From NCBI GenBank assembly GCA_017472285.1, contig JAFUQQ010000009.1:2889-66888 (forward strand): a DNA stretch of 64,000 nt. Reading direction: 5' to 3'. Positions 11,420-21,323 of this stretch are shown piece by piece (position 1 is the stretch's first letter; each line of letters begins with the position of its first letter). Made by a program: the position numbers and the translations under genes. This stretch comes from Clostridia bacterium (GTDB lineage: Bacteria; Bacillota; Clostridia; Oscillospirales; CAG-272). The notes beneath the pieces were generated by a model. It worked only from the letters and a program-made list of their open reading frames with translations. It searched no databases and was not told the DNA's origin.

Positions 11420-11421
11420 CG

Positions 11422-12189
11422 TTATTTACCAAGCATCCATTTCAAAACGCCTTGGATATGCGTATCCCAAAAGAGCCAGCTATGTGCGCCGGGGACTTCC
11501 ATATAGGTATAATCATAATCAAGGGATTCAAATTTTTCTTTCAGACGGCGGTTTCCGTCAAGCAGGAAATCTCTCGTGCCTTCGATCATCATGATACGGG
11601 GTTTGATCTCGGAGATGTTACACTGTTCGGCAAGCCAGAACAGGTCTTCGCTTTCGGGAACTTTCATATCCTCACCAAAGCAAAGCATACCGACCTTCGG
11701 TGCATGGACGTTGATGAAATCCTGCACGTCGGCAACGGAGGAAATCCCCGCGGCAGCCTCATATCGTTCGGGATGCTTCAAAGCGATCTTCAGCGCGCCG
11801 TAACCGCCCATCGAAAGACCCGCGATAAAATTATCTTCTCTCTTATCGGAAAGAGGGAGAAATTCTCTTGCAATTCTCGGAACCTCCTCGCTGATATAAG
11901 TATAGAAGTTTTCTCCGTATTTCATATCGGTATAAAGACTTCTTTCCGCACTCGGCATGATGACGGCGATACCGTTTTCCGTTGCGTAACGCTCGATCGA
12001 GCTACGGCGCAGCCATGTGCTGTAATCATCGCTGAGACCGTGGAGAAGCAACAGGGTCTTATATTTTTCGCCGTTTGCCTGACCGGACATACCGATCTGC
12101 CCTTTCGTGCTTTTCTGAGGAACGATGACGTTGATTTCCGTCTGCATACCGAGGACTTCGGAAGCGAATTTCAGATTGATCAGAGCCAT
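11422..12189 (-). CDS. esterase family protein (esterase D / S-formylglutathione hydrolase-like)
   Basis: 'LLHGLSDDYSTW' and nucleophile elbow 'GLSMGGYGA'. Start at MALINLKF with AAAGAGG RBS. Confidence 0.8.
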   Translation of the reverse strand: MALINLKFASEVLGMQTEINVIVPQKSTKGQIGMSGQANGEKYKTLLLLHGLSDDYSTWLRRSSIERYATENGIAVIMPSAERSLYTDMKYGENFYTYISEEVPRIAREFLPLSDKREDNFIAGLSMGGYGALKIALKHPERYEAAAGISSVADVQDFINVHAPKVGMLCFGEDMKVPESEDLFWLAEQCNISEIKPRIMMIEGTRDFLLDGNRRLKEKFESLDYDYTYMEVPGAHSWLFWDTHIQGVLKWMLGK

Positions 12190-12206
12190 AACAGACCTCT
12201 TTCGGA

Positions 12207-12929
12207 TCAACCGTTATAAGCGGCTTCGTCACAGATGATGACAACGTCGGGATGTACTTTGAGAAGTGTTGCGGGAACGGCGGAAGTGATCTTATCGCCG
12301 AGCAATTTTGCGATCGCTTTTTGTTTATTCTTACCGCTTGCGAGAAGAACGATCTTCTTTGCTTTCATGATCGTGCCGAGACCCATTGTGATCGCCTGTT
12401 TCGGAACGTCATCGATGGAATCGAAGAAACGGGAGTTTGCTTCAATGGTGCTGTCCGTCAGATTGGTAAGATGGGTTTCATAATAGAAAGAAGAATCGGG
12501 TTCATTGAAAGCGATATGACCGTTCTGACCGATACCGAGGAGCTGAAGATCGATACCGCCTGCGTTTTCAACCATCTTATCATATTCTTTGCATTCGGTT
12601 GCAGGATCTTGCATCATACCGTTGGGGATATGAATATTTTCTTTTTTGATGTTGACGAAATTGAAAAGATGATGGTCCATAAAATACTTATAGCTCTGAT
12701 CGTTATCGGGTTTGATGGGATAATATTCGTCAAGGTTATAGGAGATGACTTCGGAAAAATCGATAAGACCGCTTTCATAGAGCTTGATGAGTTCCTTGTA
12801 AGTACCTTCGGGAGTCGAACCCGTTGCAAGACCGAGAACAGAATCAGGTTTCAGAATGATCTGACCTGCGATCATTCTCGCCGCCTTCACGGACATTTCT
12901 TGATAGTCGCGACAAACAATTACTTTCAT
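12207..12929 (-). CDS. nagB: glucosamine-6-phosphate deaminase
   Basis: 'VLGLATGSTPEG', 'SYNLDEY' and 'GIGQNGHIAFNEP' are hallmark NagB motifs. Confidence 0.9.
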   Translation of the reverse strand: MKVIVCRDYQEMSVKAARMIAGQIILKPDSVLGLATGSTPEGTYKELIKLYESGLIDFSEVISYNLDEYYPIKPDNDQSYKYFMDHHLFNFVNIKKENIHIPNGMMQDPATECKEYDKMVENAGGIDLQLLGIGQNGHIAFNEPDSSFYYETHLTNLTDSTIEANSRFFDSIDDVPKQAITMGLGTIMKAKKIVLLASGKNKQKAIAKLLGDKITSAVPATLLKVHPDVVIICDEAAYNG

Positions 12930-12942
12930 GAGGATTCTCCTT

Positions 12943-13872
12943 TTATGTTTTATTTATTTTTGATTTTTTCAGAAAAGAGAGTTTGGTTTCGGAAATCACG
13001 ACCGCAAGGAAAACGAGCAAAAAACCGACAGCCCGCGTGATACCGAAGCCTTCTTCCCTGCCCAGAAGCAAGGAAAAGAGTGCGCCGAAAACGGCTTCAA
13101 AGGTCAGGATGATAGCAGCACCCGTCGGATGCGCGTATTTCTGACCGAAATTCTGTAAGAAAAGCGCCGCCGCCGTACAAGCGCAAGCAAGATAGAGAAG
13201 CTGGAGAGCAAGACTTCCGACGTTCGCGCCATCCAGAGAAAGAGGAGCAAGATCGAATACGGAAAGCCCCGCGTAAGTAAGCCATGACAAGACCGCCGCA
13301 ACACCGAACTGCAAAATCGTAATGAGCATCGGGTCTTTATCGTTTGCGGTCGTTGCGATGGCAACGATATGTGCCGCATAGAAAAAGCCGCAGATCAGTG
13401 TCAGCACGTCACCGAACGCAACGGAAAGCAGTTTTTCACTGCCAAAATCCACAGAAATCAGAAGTATTCCCGCAAGGCATATAAACGCTGAAAGGATATG
13501 GTAGCGGTCGGGACGTTTTTTGGAGATAAGCCAGAATAAAAACGGAGTAATAACGCAATAGGAAGCCGTCAGAAACGCATTTTTTCCGGGTGTCGTCCCG
13601 ATCAGACCGTAAGTCTGTACGAGATATGCCGAAAATAGAAGCGCACCAATCAGGATTCCGGGGAAAATATAACTTTTATCAAGTTTTTTGAAGCGCTTAA
13701 CGGAAATCAGCGAAAGAACCGCGCAAGCGATCGTGAAACGGATCGCAAGCAAGAGGCTTGGCGGCAAACGGTCGGAAACGTCTTTCATAATAACAAAAGA
13801 CGTTCCCCAAATGAAAGCCGCCGCGAAAAGTGCAATGGAAGCGATATGAGAAATATTTAATTTTCGTTTCAT
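12943..13872 (-). CDS. DMT-superfamily (EamA) transporter
   Basis: About 10 hydrophobic helices in a duplicated EamA-like organisation. Confidence 0.8.
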   Translation of the reverse strand: MKRKLNISHIASIALFAAAFIWGTSFVIMKDVSDRLPPSLLLAIRFTIACAVLSLISVKRFKKLDKSYIFPGILIGALLFSAYLVQTYGLIGTTPGKNAFLTASYCVITPFLFWLISKKRPDRYHILSAFICLAGILLISVDFGSEKLLSVAFGDVLTLICGFFYAAHIVAIATTANDKDPMLITILQFGVAAVLSWLTYAGLSVFDLAPLSLDGANVGSLALQLLYLACACTAAALFLQNFGQKYAHPTGAAIILTFEAVFGALFSLLLGREEGFGITRAVGFLLVFLAVVISETKLSFLKKSKINKT

Positions 13873-14789
13873 TTCAAAAAGCCGCTGACGATCTGTTCTT
13901 CCGCTTCTTTTTCGTCAAGACCGAGCGTCATGAGTTTGATGAGCTGTTCGCCCGCGATCTTACCAATCGCCGCCTCGTGAATAAGGCTTGCATCGATGTG
14001 ATTTGCCGTAATCTCGGGGATAGCGGCAACCGTCGCATCATCCATGATGATCGCGTCACATTCGGTGTGTCCGTGGCAGCTTGCGTTGCCGCGGATATTG
14101 GATTTGAAGATCTGATGGGATTTGTCTTTGGCAACGGAACGGGAAATGACGTTCGTGCTGGAGCCGTCGCCGTCGAGATCAACGACGAAATCCGTTTCGG
14201 CAAGCTGTGTGCCATGTGTCATGATCTTTTCTTTAACGATAAGCGTTGCGCCCGCGCCGAGCTTTGCCGTGGTGTGACGGACAGTGGAATTGATACCCTT
14301 GATCTGTGTGGTTTCCATTTCCATATGAGAACCTTCTTCCATATAGATCTCCGTCGTGGGATTCATGATGTTTTCACCCGTGCCGTCACCGCTTCCGTAA
14401 TGCTTTTCAACGTAACGGACGGTCGCGTTTTTGCCAACATAGAAGGAATGGATACCGCTGTGTTCAGAGCTTTGCGTACCGCAGTTATGAATACCGCAAC
14501 CCGCGATGATGACGACGTTTGCGCCCTCACCGATATGAAAATCGTTATAAACGACTTCTTTCAGACCGCTTTCGCTGATGATAACGGGGATATGAACGCT
14601 TTCATTCTTTGTGAACGGTTTGATGATGATATCAATGCCGTTTTTATCTTCTTTGGTTACGATATCGATATTCTCCGTGGTCTCTCTGGCCGCTTTTTCA
14701 CCATTTGCTCGGATGTTGTAAGCACCGACGGGAAGGCTATCAAGATCGGCAACCTCACGGAGCAGATTTTTCTGAATTTCATCTATCAT
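13869..14789 (-). CDS. SufB/SufD family Fe-S assembly-type protein (short form)
   Basis: The beta-helix core and C-terminal 'ASLIHEAAIGKIAGEQLIKLMTLGLDEKEAEEQIVSGFL' are typical of SufBD. ATGA overlap with the downstream EamA gene. Confidence 0.75.
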   Translation of the reverse strand: MIDEIQKNLLREVADLDSLPVGAYNIRANGEKAARETTENIDIVTKEDKNGIDIIIKPFTKNESVHIPVIISESGLKEVVYNDFHIGEGANVVIIAGCGIHNCGTQSSEHSGIHSFYVGKNATVRYVEKHYGSGDGTGENIMNPTTEIYMEEGSHMEMETTQIKGINSTVRHTTAKLGAGATLIVKEKIMTHGTQLAETDFVVDLDGDGSSTNVISRSVAKDKSHQIFKSNIRGNASCHGHTECDAIIMDDATVAAIPEITANHIDASLIHEAAIGKIAGEQLIKLMTLGLDEKEAEEQIVSGFLK

Positions 14790-14803
14790 GGGAATACACC
14801 TCC

Positions 14804-15538
14804 TTAAACGACTTTTTCGGAAAGTGTCGGACAGGCAACACTGCCCGCTTTGCCGAGAAGCTCGGGAAGAATTTCTTCTTTCGTACCGATTCTGGAAAGC
14901 TCACCGCCCGCAATGACGACGATCTTATCCGCGATATTGAGGATACGTTCCTGATGGGAGATGATGAGAATGGAGCCGCCCTTTTTCTCGTGCATATTTT
15001 CAAATACTTTAATGAGATTATTGAAGCTCCAAAGGTCGATGCCCGCTTCAGGCTCGTCAAAGAGAGAGAGCTTCGTGCCTCTTGCGAGGACTGTTGCGAT
15101 CTCGATACGTTTCAGTTCACCGCCCGAAAGGGATGCGTTGACTTCTCTGTTGATGTAATCTCTCGCGCAAAGTCCAACTTCAGAGAGATACTGGCAAGCT
15201 TCGGAAACACCGATCTTTCTGCCGGAAGCAAGGGTAATGAGGTCTTTGACCGTAATGCCCTTGAAGCACACGGGCTGCTGGAAAGCGAAGCTGACACCGC
15301 GTCTTGCACGTTCCGTAATGGAAAGTCCCGTAATATCTTCGCCATCAAGAATGATCTGACCCGATGTGGGTGTGATGATACCCGCAATGACCTTGGCAAG
15401 CGTGGATTTACCGCCGCCGTTCGGACCCGTGATGGCAACGAATCGCTCGTCAATGGTCAAGCTGATATCCTTCAAAATATCTTTTGTCGTTCCGTTTTCG
15501 GTTTCTGCCGAAAAGGATATATTTCTGAGTTCTAACAT
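14804..15538 (-). CDS. ABC ATPase, SufC-like
   Basis: Walker A 'GPNGGGKST', signature 'LSGGELKR', Walker B 'LSLFDEPEAGID'. Adjacent to the SufBD-like gene. Confidence 0.8.
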   Translation of the reverse strand: MLELRNISFSAETENGTTKDILKDISLTIDERFVAITGPNGGGKSTLAKVIAGIITPTSGQIILDGEDITGLSITERARRGVSFAFQQPVCFKGITVKDLITLASGRKIGVSEACQYLSEVGLCARDYINREVNASLSGGELKRIEIATVLARGTKLSLFDEPEAGIDLWSFNNLIKVFENMHEKKGGSILIISHQERILNIADKIVVIAGGELSRIGTKEEILPELLGKAGSVACPTLSEKVV

Positions 15539-15586
15539 TTTATGATATAACCAGCCTTTTATTTACTATTTTCGTAAGATAACCGC

Positions 15587-16231
15587 TCAATATCCAAGCT
15601 CTTTGCCGACGATGATGACTTTCACGCGGGAAACGTGTCTTTGATAAGCCATGACCGTGTAATTCGCGCAGATACGGGCAGGCGTTTTGCAACCGTCCGT
15701 CATACCGCCGTTTCTTTTCAGCGAAATGCAATGACCGAGCTTTGCGCAAGGGGTATCACAGGAAAGACGTTTTGCGTTTTTCGGAGCGGCAATGGTCTTC
15801 ACGCGGAAAACCGCTTCGTCAAGGTCTTTGACGAGCTTATTGATGCCCGCAACGATGATGACGTTTTTCGCGCCGTAAAGCATAGCGGCAACACGATTGG
15901 AATTGCCGTCCACATTATAAAGCTCACCGTTTTCGGTGATCGCGTTGGCGCTTGCGAGATAGAAATCCGCAGAAAATGCCGCGCGCATCGCTTCTTCTCT
16001 CTGTTCCTGCGTCAGTCCCGGGATCATGCGGTCGATATAATTGTAATTTCCGTTTTTGATGGCATCGAGAATACCCGTTTCGGCAAGGGTCACCGAGCCG
16101 CCCGAAGCGCAGGAAGAACCTTCGGGAATCAGCGAAAGCGCGAGGGTTTTCGCTTCTTCGGGGGTTTCGACGTAATAAGCGTCCATGCGGTGCGAACGGA
16201 GCGCATCCAATGTTTTTTCAAGATTCATCAT
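15587..16231 (-). CDS. LUD-domain (lactate utilization LutC/YkgG-like) protein
   Basis: Size and the pattern 'GGSVTLAETGI...GNSNRVAAMLYGAKNVIIVAGINK' fit the DUF162/LUD family. ATGA overlap with the glnS stop codon. Confidence 0.65.
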   Translation of the reverse strand: MMNLEKTLDALRSHRMDAYYVETPEEAKTLALSLIPEGSSCASGGSVTLAETGILDAIKNGNYNYIDRMIPGLTQEQREEAMRAAFSADFYLASANAITENGELYNVDGNSNRVAAMLYGAKNVIIVAGINKLVKDLDEAVFRVKTIAAPKNAKRLSCDTPCAKLGHCISLKRNGGMTDGCKTPARICANYTVMAYQRHVSRVKVIIVGKELGY

Positions 16232-17892
16232 ACTTTGAAACTATCCTTCAGATTTACGATTCTGTTAAAGGTGTTGGGATGTTTAGTATCTTTTGCGAAA
16301 TAACCAGTGCGGACGAACTGGAATTTTTCGCCGTTTTCAGCATTTGCGAGAGCGGGTTCGATCTTTGCCGCAAGCGTTTCCGCAGAATTGGGATCGATAT
16401 AATCCGCATAAGTTTTGCCTTCGGGAATATCCGCTACGTTTTCAAGCGTAAAGAGATGATTATACATCACGACAGAAGCATCCTGTGCATAAGATGCGGA
16501 AAGCCAATGGATCGTACCTTTGATCTTTCTGCCGTCAAGAGGATTGCCGTTGCCCGCTTCGAGATCGATCGTGCAATGCACTTCCTTGACGGAGCCGTCT
16601 TCATTCTTTTCGATAGAAACACATTTTGCGATATACGCGCCCATCAGACGAACCTCACCATTCGGTTTCATACGGAAGAACTTCGGAGGCGGAACTTCCG
16701 CGAAGTCATCGGCATCGATATAGATTTCTTTTGTGAAAGGAACTTCTCTCGTGCCTGCTTCGGGGTCGTTCGGATTATTGGCAACGGAGAAATATTCCAC
16801 CTTATCTTCGGGATAGTTGTCGATCACGACTTTGATCGGGCGAAGCACACAAATACGGCGCGCCGCTTTTATATTGAGTTCTTCACGGATGCAGCTTTCG
16901 AGAAGACGGATATCCACAAGGCTATTGGATTTGGAAACGCCGATTCTGCCGATAAAATCAAGAATGGAAGCAGCAGTATAACCGCGGCGGCGCAGACCGC
17001 AAAGGGTAGGCATACGGGGGTCGTCCCAACCGTCAACGATACCGGTTTCAACGAGGGAGCGCAGATATCTCTTGGACATGACGGTGTGTGTCATATTGAG
17101 TCTTGCGAACTCGATCTGACGGGGTTTGCAGGGTTTGTATTCAAGATCTACGTTGTCGATGACCCAATCGTAAAGCGGTCTGTGGATCTCGTATTCGAGG
17201 GAGCAGAGGGAGTGTGTGATACCTTCGAGTGCGTCCTGAATCGGATGCGCGAAGTCATACATCGGGAAGATGCACCATTTGGTTCCCTGTCTGTGATGTT
17301 CGACGTATTTGATACGGTAGATAACGGGGTCGCGCATACAGAAGTTGCCGGAAGCAAGATCGATCTTTGCGCGGAGGGTATATTTCCCTTCGGGAAATTC
17401 ACCGTTCTTCATGCGTTCAAAGAGATCAAGGCTTTCTTCGATCGGACGGTCTCTCCACGGAGAAACCGCGGGATGCTGGAGGTCGCCCGCATATTCTTTT
17501 TCGCGGAACTGCTCGGGAGTCAGCTCACAAACGTAAGCAAGACCTTTTTTGATAAGCCCCACAGCAAGCTCGTAGTCTTTTTCAAAGTAGTCGGAGCCGT
17601 AATAGAAACGGTCTTCCCAATCGAAACCGAGCCAATGGATATCTTCTTGGATGGCATCCACGTATTCGGTATCTTCTTTGGCGGGGTTAGTATCGTCCAT
17701 ACGGAGATTGCATTTACCGCCGTATTTTTTCGCCGTACCGAAGTCGATAACAAGTGCTTTGCAATGACCGATATGCAAATAACCGTTGGGTTCGGGAGGA
17801 AAACGGGTATGGATACCGTCCGCCGCTACCTTGCCCGATTCGATATCGCTATCGATCGCTTCATATAAAAAATTATTGGAAATTTCACTCAT
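16228..17892 (-). CDS. glnS: glutamine--tRNA ligase
   Basis: 'TRFPPEPNGYLHIGHCKA' (HIGH) and 'VMSKR' (KMSKS), with a GlnRS-type C-terminal beta-barrel region. Confidence 0.93.
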   Translation of the reverse strand: MSEISNNFLYEAIDSDIESGKVAADGIHTRFPPEPNGYLHIGHCKALVIDFGTAKKYGGKCNLRMDDTNPAKEDTEYVDAIQEDIHWLGFDWEDRFYYGSDYFEKDYELAVGLIKKGLAYVCELTPEQFREKEYAGDLQHPAVSPWRDRPIEESLDLFERMKNGEFPEGKYTLRAKIDLASGNFCMRDPVIYRIKYVEHHRQGTKWCIFPMYDFAHPIQDALEGITHSLCSLEYEIHRPLYDWVIDNVDLEYKPCKPRQIEFARLNMTHTVMSKRYLRSLVETGIVDGWDDPRMPTLCGLRRRGYTAASILDFIGRIGVSKSNSLVDIRLLESCIREELNIKAARRICVLRPIKVVIDNYPEDKVEYFSVANNPNDPEAGTREVPFTKEIYIDADDFAEVPPPKFFRMKPNGEVRLMGAYIAKCVSIEKNEDGSVKEVHCTIDLEAGNGNPLDGRKIKGTIHWLSASYAQDASVVMYNHLFTLENVADIPEGKTYADYIDPNSAETLAAKIEPALANAENGEKFQFVRTGYFAKDTKHPNTFNRIVNLKDSFKV

Positions 17893-17922
17893 GATGTATA
17901 GTATCTCCTTATCAGGAAAGTT

Positions 17923-19611
17923 TTAATTCAAAGCCGCGATCTGCGCTTCGATTCTCTCGCGTGTTCTTGCTTCGCCGATGATCTGCATAACGGTATAAAG
18001 ATCGGGGGCATTCTGTTTACCCGTAACGGCAACACGGATGAAAGCGGAAATATCCGCGACGTTACCCTTGAATGCGGAAGGATCTGCTTTATATGCCTTC
18101 ATATCGGAAGCATAGCCAAGCTCGTCAGCAATCTTTTTGATCTTATCGAACCATACGTTCATTTCGTCAGCAGCATCGTAGGTTTCAAGGAATTTGGTAA
18201 GCGCGGCCTTGATATCCGCATTGTCAAAACCGGCAGGATAACTGTCAACGAGCGCGTAATATTTATCGTAGAAGAAGCCCATATAGGGTTTTGCATCGAC
18301 CCATGTTGCAAGGTCTTTTCTCGGCTTTTTGCCGCCTCTGCCGATGGCGAGGATCTTCTTTGCGTAATCCGCATCCGCGAGAAGTTCTGCGGCAAAATCA
18401 GAGTCAAATGCTTTTGCCCAAACGCAGAGTTTTTCATAAACTTCATCCGCGGTCATACGGGAAATGATATTTTTGGAAACGTCACCGAGCTTATTGAAGT
18501 CGAAAAGACAGCCGGAAACGGACATTTTCTTGATATTGAACGGGAAATCGGTGTAGGGCTTGTCAGCGTTTTTCGCGTGCCATTCTTCATAGTTGGAGTT
18601 GAGGAGGGTCATCACGTATTCGCAGACCGCTTCGGGAGAATAACCCATACCCGTGTAATCATCCATATTCGCGCCCATATCACGCTTGGAAAGTTTTTTC
18701 TTGTTGCCGTTTTCGTCAAGACGCATGATCTGGGAGATGTGCATATATTTGGGGAGCTTGAAGCCGAGATATGCGAAAAGCTGAATGTGCTTCGCAAGGC
18801 TGGGGAGCCATTCTTCACCGCGGATAACGTGTGTCGTACCCATGAGGTGATCGTCAACGGCGTGTGCGAAGTGATAAGTCGGGATACCGTCGGATTTGAG
18901 AAGAACGAAGTCTTCATCGTTTTCGGGAATTTCAAGCGCGCCTCTGACAAGGTCTGTAAATTTGGTCTTCTTTTCGGGATCGCCGTTCGCAAGGATACGG
19001 AGAACGAAGGGATGACCTGCCGCTAAATGTTCTTTCACTTCTTCCATCGTGAAGTTTCTTCTTGCGAGCATTTCTGCGCGGCGGCTTTCGGCTTCTGCCT
19101 GCCAGTCGGTATGTTTGATGGCTTCTTTTTTGTTGATCTGCTGAAGCTCATCAAGTTCTTCTTCCGTTGTGAAGCAAGGATATGCCTTGCCTTCGCGGAC
19201 GAGCTGTTTTGCGTAGGTCTGATAGATCGGACCTCTCATGCTCTGTTTGTAAGGACCGTATGCGCCCTTATCGGAAATATTGCCGTTTTCATCGAGGATC
19301 GCACCCTCGTCGAAATGGATGCCGTATGTGGCAAGGGTCCTAATCAGACCTTCTGACGCGCCTTCCACTTCTCTTTTCGCATCGGTATCTTCGATACGGA
19401 GATAGAAAACACCGCCGGACTGATGTGCAAGACGTTCCGCAACGGTGGACGGGAAAAGACCTCCGAAGTGAACAAAACCTGTGGGGCTGGGCGCGAAACG
19501 CGTTACCTTTGCGCCTTCGGGAAGATTTCTGGGGGGATATTTTTCTTCCATGTCAGCAGGTGTGGTTGTGATATGCGGAAAAAGAAGTTCCGCAAGCTGA
19601 TTGTAATCCAT
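17923..19611 (-). CDS. gltX: glutamate--tRNA ligase
   Basis: 'VTRFAPSPTGFVHFGG' and 'KLSKRD' class-I motifs, plus 'RIEDTD'. Confidence 0.9.
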   Translation of the reverse strand: MDYNQLAELLFPHITTTPADMEEKYPPRNLPEGAKVTRFAPSPTGFVHFGGLFPSTVAERLAHQSGGVFYLRIEDTDAKREVEGASEGLIRTLATYGIHFDEGAILDENGNISDKGAYGPYKQSMRGPIYQTYAKQLVREGKAYPCFTTEEELDELQQINKKEAIKHTDWQAEAESRRAEMLARRNFTMEEVKEHLAAGHPFVLRILANGDPEKKTKFTDLVRGALEIPENDEDFVLLKSDGIPTYHFAHAVDDHLMGTTHVIRGEEWLPSLAKHIQLFAYLGFKLPKYMHISQIMRLDENGNKKKLSKRDMGANMDDYTGMGYSPEAVCEYVMTLLNSNYEEWHAKNADKPYTDFPFNIKKMSVSGCLFDFNKLGDVSKNIISRMTADEVYEKLCVWAKAFDSDFAAELLADADYAKKILAIGRGGKKPRKDLATWVDAKPYMGFFYDKYYALVDSYPAGFDNADIKAALTKFLETYDAADEMNVWFDKIKKIADELGYASDMKAYKADPSAFKGNVADISAFIRVAVTGKQNAPDLYTVMQIIGEARTRERIEAQIAALN

Positions 19612-19795
19612 TTTTTCATCTACCTTTCACTTTTTTATATTATATTATAGGAAATTGCTCAAAATCGACCTCGCCGTTTTGCTGTACTTTGGTACTGAAA
19701 AACGGCAAAAAGGCGAGAAATTGGGAGCGGCGACTCGCCGCTTTTTTATATCTATGAATTATTTTTATTTTTAATTTTAAAGGGATTTTTTACTG

Positions 19796-20386
19796 TTACA
19801 GTGTGACGGGTTCGCCGTGACCGGGATAAACGGTTTTTCCGCGCATACGCGGAACGAGATTCTGCAAAGATGAAATGATCGTATTTTCATTACCGCCGTA
19901 AAGATCTGTTCTGCCGTACCCCTCGGCAAAAAAGGTATCTCCCGTGAAAACGATATCATCATCTAAAAAGAAGCAGACCGAACCTCTCGTATGCCCGGGA
20001 GTCAGCATCACCGAAAACGAAAGATTGCCAAAGGTCAGCATATCTTTATTTTTGAACGTCTGCGGAACGGTCTGACAAAGAATACTTTTGCCGAAAAATA
20101 CGGAAGATGCATTTTTTCTGCCGTCCGTCAGGAGTTCGGCATCGCGTTCGCTGATATAAACGGGAACGCCCGTGAGAGAAACAAGCTCGTCAACCGCGCC
20201 GATATGGTCAAAATGTCCGTGTGTCAAAAGGATCGCTTCCAGAGCGAAACCGTTTTGTTCCACGAGCTTCAAGATCTGTTTGCCGCTGCCATCGGGATCG
20301 AGCAGAACGGCTTTCCCCGTTTCCTCATCGCCGACAAGATACGTATTCGTTCCGAAAACACCTGCTTCGATCGTATAGATTTTCAT
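19796..20386 (-). CDS. MBL-fold metallo-hydrolase
   Basis: 'LLTHGHFDHIG' metal-binding motif; glyoxalase II-like size. Confidence 0.85.
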   Translation of the reverse strand: MKIYTIEAGVFGTNTYLVGDEETGKAVLLDPDGSGKQILKLVEQNGFALEAILLTHGHFDHIGAVDELVSLTGVPVYISERDAELLTDGRKNASSVFFGKSILCQTVPQTFKNKDMLTFGNLSFSVMLTPGHTRGSVCFFLDDDIVFTGDTFFAEGYGRTDLYGGNENTIISSLQNLVPRMRGKTVYPGHGEPVTL

Positions 20387-20529
20387 ATGATACCCCTTTC
20401 ATAGTAAAAACGAAGTCTGTAAATACCCTTTTAATTTCAGTATTATAGCACATTCTTTATCTTTTGTCTACAAAATCTTGCCAGATTTTTTGAAAAAGAA
20501 AATAAATCTATGGTATTTTTCCCGCATAC

Positions 20530-21306
20530 GTGTTAAAATACGTATATAAAAAACAGAAAGGATGCAATGCCTTGACAAAAATCAATATCAGAGGAATTTA
20601 TTTTGATAATATCGATATGCATGAAGCACTCGTTCTTGCGGAAAACGCAATGACGGGAGAAACGATAAAAACCGTTTTCACACCCAACGCAGAGATCGCA
20701 CAGCTTGCTGCTGAACAAAAAGAAATCAAAAATCTCCTGAACCGTGCAGATATTCTTCTGCCTGACGGAGCGGGTGTCGTTCTCGCTTCCAAAATATTAA
20801 AAACACCTCTCAAAGAAAAAGTTGCCGGCGTGGAATTCGGCGAAAATATCCTTGCCCTTGCCGCAGAAAAAGGATATCCCGTTTATTTTCTCGGCGGAAA
20901 ACCGACCGTTGCGGAACTTGCCGCGCAAAAAATGAAAGAAAAATATCCCGCTCTTTCCATCGTCGGTATGCATGACGGTTATTTTTTGAAAAACGGCGCA
21001 GAAAACGATGCCATTATCCGAAATATCAACGAAAGCGGCGCAAAAATCCTTTTCGTCTGCCTTGGCGCGCCTGCACAGGAACAATGGATCGATGCCAACA
21101 AAAACAGATTCGTTTCCGTCAGACTCGTGATGGGACTCGGCGGTTCACTTGACGTTTATGCGGGCACGGTCAGACGTGCGCCGAAAATCTTTATCAGAAT
21201 GCATCTCGAATGGTTCTATCGACTTTGCAAAGAACCGCGACGCATTGGCAGAATGATGAAGTTACCCAAATATATCATCGGAACGGTCAAAGATTCACGA
21301 CGCTAA
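20530..21306 (+). CDS. WecB/TagA/CpsF family glycosyltransferase
   Basis: 'FTPNAEI...LLPDGAGVVLASK...FLGGKP...VCLGAPAQE' family pattern. The true start may be the TTG at 20572, which has AAAGGA upstream. Confidence 0.8.
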   Translation: MLKYVYKKQKGCNALTKINIRGIYFDNIDMHEALVLAENAMTGETIKTVFTPNAEIAQLAAEQKEIKNLLNRADILLPDGAGVVLASKILKTPLKEKVAGVEFGENILALAAEKGYPVYFLGGKPTVAELAAQKMKEKYPALSIVGMHDGYFLKNGAENDAIIRNINESGAKILFVCLGAPAQEQWIDANKNRFVSVRLVMGLGGSLDVYAGTVRRAPKIFIRMHLEWFYRLCKEPRRIGRMMKLPKYIIGTVKDSRR

Positions 21307-21323
21307 TTTAAGGAGGACTTTTT

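Noticed and set aside
19612-19795. T-box leader upstream of gltX
   Set aside because: Hairpins are present (for example GCCGTTTT..AAAACGGC, GCGGCGA..TCGCCGC), but there is no T-box sequence (GGTGGTACCGCG-like), no AGAGA/GGUGNRA elements, and the region is too short.
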